Below are positions 63,439 to 64,000 of a DNA stretch of 64,000 nucleotides, piece after piece. Under the pieces are notes generated by a model, which was not told where the DNA came from, did not search any database, and saw only the letters and a list, made by a program, of their open reading frames with translations. The DNA is taken from assembly GCA_035717785.1 (NCBI GenBank), contig DASTIG010000116.1, forward strand, positions 3,055-67,054. Direction: 5' to 3'. Origin of the DNA: Candidatus Limnocylindrales bacterium. GTDB lineage: Bacteria > Chloroflexota > Limnocylindria > Limnocylindrales > CSP1-4. Position 1 is the first letter of the stretch; each line of letters begins with the position of its first letter. Made by a program: the position numbers and the translations under genes.

Positions 63439-64000
63439 CTAGCGCGTGCGGTCCTGCCAGGAGATGCCACCCATCGGGGCGCCCGGCAGCCTCTGGTGGC
63501 GCTCGCCGGTCCGCCGGTCCACCTGCTCGATCCCACGCAGGTAGAAGCGGTTGACCAGGACGGCGTCCATCTCGGGCCCGATAGGCTGGTCGCCGAGATA
63601 CGCCACGGCCCCGACCACCGGCACGAACATCTCCGTCGCCCGATCCAGCAGCCGCTCCGGCTCCGATCCAGGGTGCAGGTGCACCGTCCCGACGACCTTG
63701 AACGGCGGGACCTCCAGGGCCACGTCGTACGCGACCTTGTGGACCTTGTGTGCGGCCCGCTCCGCGTCGGTCAACGGGGGCAGAGTCGCCTCGCCGGCGA
63801 GCACGATGATCAGGTCGTAGGGGTCCACTGCCTTGAGCCCGGGCGCGGGCGCAAGAGGCGCTGAGCCGTCGGCGGGTGCCCATTGGACGTCCGAGATCGT
63901 CACCGACTCGCGCTTGTTGAGTGCATCGGACAGGCGGGTCTCGATCTGCATCTTGCCGACGATCCGCCATTCCTCGGTCAGGCCATCGAACGGGATGCCA
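63439..64000 (-). CDS. Uncharacterised conserved protein (paralog B; 5' end probably outside the window)
   Basis: The frame stays open to the window edge (..GIPFDGLTEEWRIVGKMQIETRL..). Homologous by eye to the 15910-16440 product. Confidence 0.6.
   Translation of the reverse strand, partial: GIPFDGLTEEWRIVGKMQIETRLSDALNKRESVTISDVQWAPADGSAPLAPAPGLKAVDPYDLIIVLAGEATLPPLTDAERAAHKVHKVAYDVALEVPPFKVVGTVHLHPGSEPERLLDRATEMFVPVVGAVAYLGDQPIGPEMDAVLVNRFYLRGIEQVDRRTGERHQRLPGAPMGGISWQDRTR

Overview
This is a very GC-rich, Actinomycetota-type chromosomal segment (third codon positions are almost always G/C) that is densely coding on both strands. I can support about 64 protein-coding genes; the last one runs off the right edge. 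I found no rRNA or tRNA genes, no CRISPR array, and no transposase, integrase or phage genes. Most long ORFs in the six-frame track are GC-driven shadow ORFs antisense to real genes, and many track ORFs start too far upstream. I re-placed those starts using 4-nt overlaps (ATGA/GTGA), Shine-Dalgarno (SD) sequences, or a recurrent TANNNT hexamer 6-9 nt before the start codon, which suggests leaderless mRNAs. Housekeeping and repair genes include greA, thyX, moaA, punA, tag, HhH-GPD and YcaQ/AlkZ-like glycosylases, a NUDIX hydrolase and an RhlE-like helicase. Transport genes include two ABC-2 exporters, a five-gene Opp/Dpp-type importer, an MFS transporter and an aquaporin. Signalling genes include a 1499-aa soluble 4xGAF+4xPAS histidine kinase with two response regulators, and a class III cyclase-STAND-TPR protein flanked by two stand-alone cNMP-binding proteins. 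Regulators include a TetR, a PafBC-like WYL protein and a MocR. The observations most worth a second look are: (1) GreA fused in frame to an unrecognised 247-aa N-terminal domain. (2) A coiled-coil, acidic, low-complexity protein encoded directly upstream of (4-nt gap, SD in its 3' end), and probably co-translated with, a receiver-like MinD/CpaE-type ATPase. (3) The cyclase/cNMP-binding/zinc-ribbon module. (4) A cluster of five DnaA-box-like 9-mers in a non-oriC spacer. (5) An overlapping HipA-like kinase + DUF3037 gene pair. (6) Two paralogs of an uncharacterised protein family. (7) A secreted protein with a caspase-like His/Cys arrangement. (8) Several repeat- or palindrome-rich spacers that no annotated gene explains. 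All family assignments come from reading the translations by eye; no database search was run.
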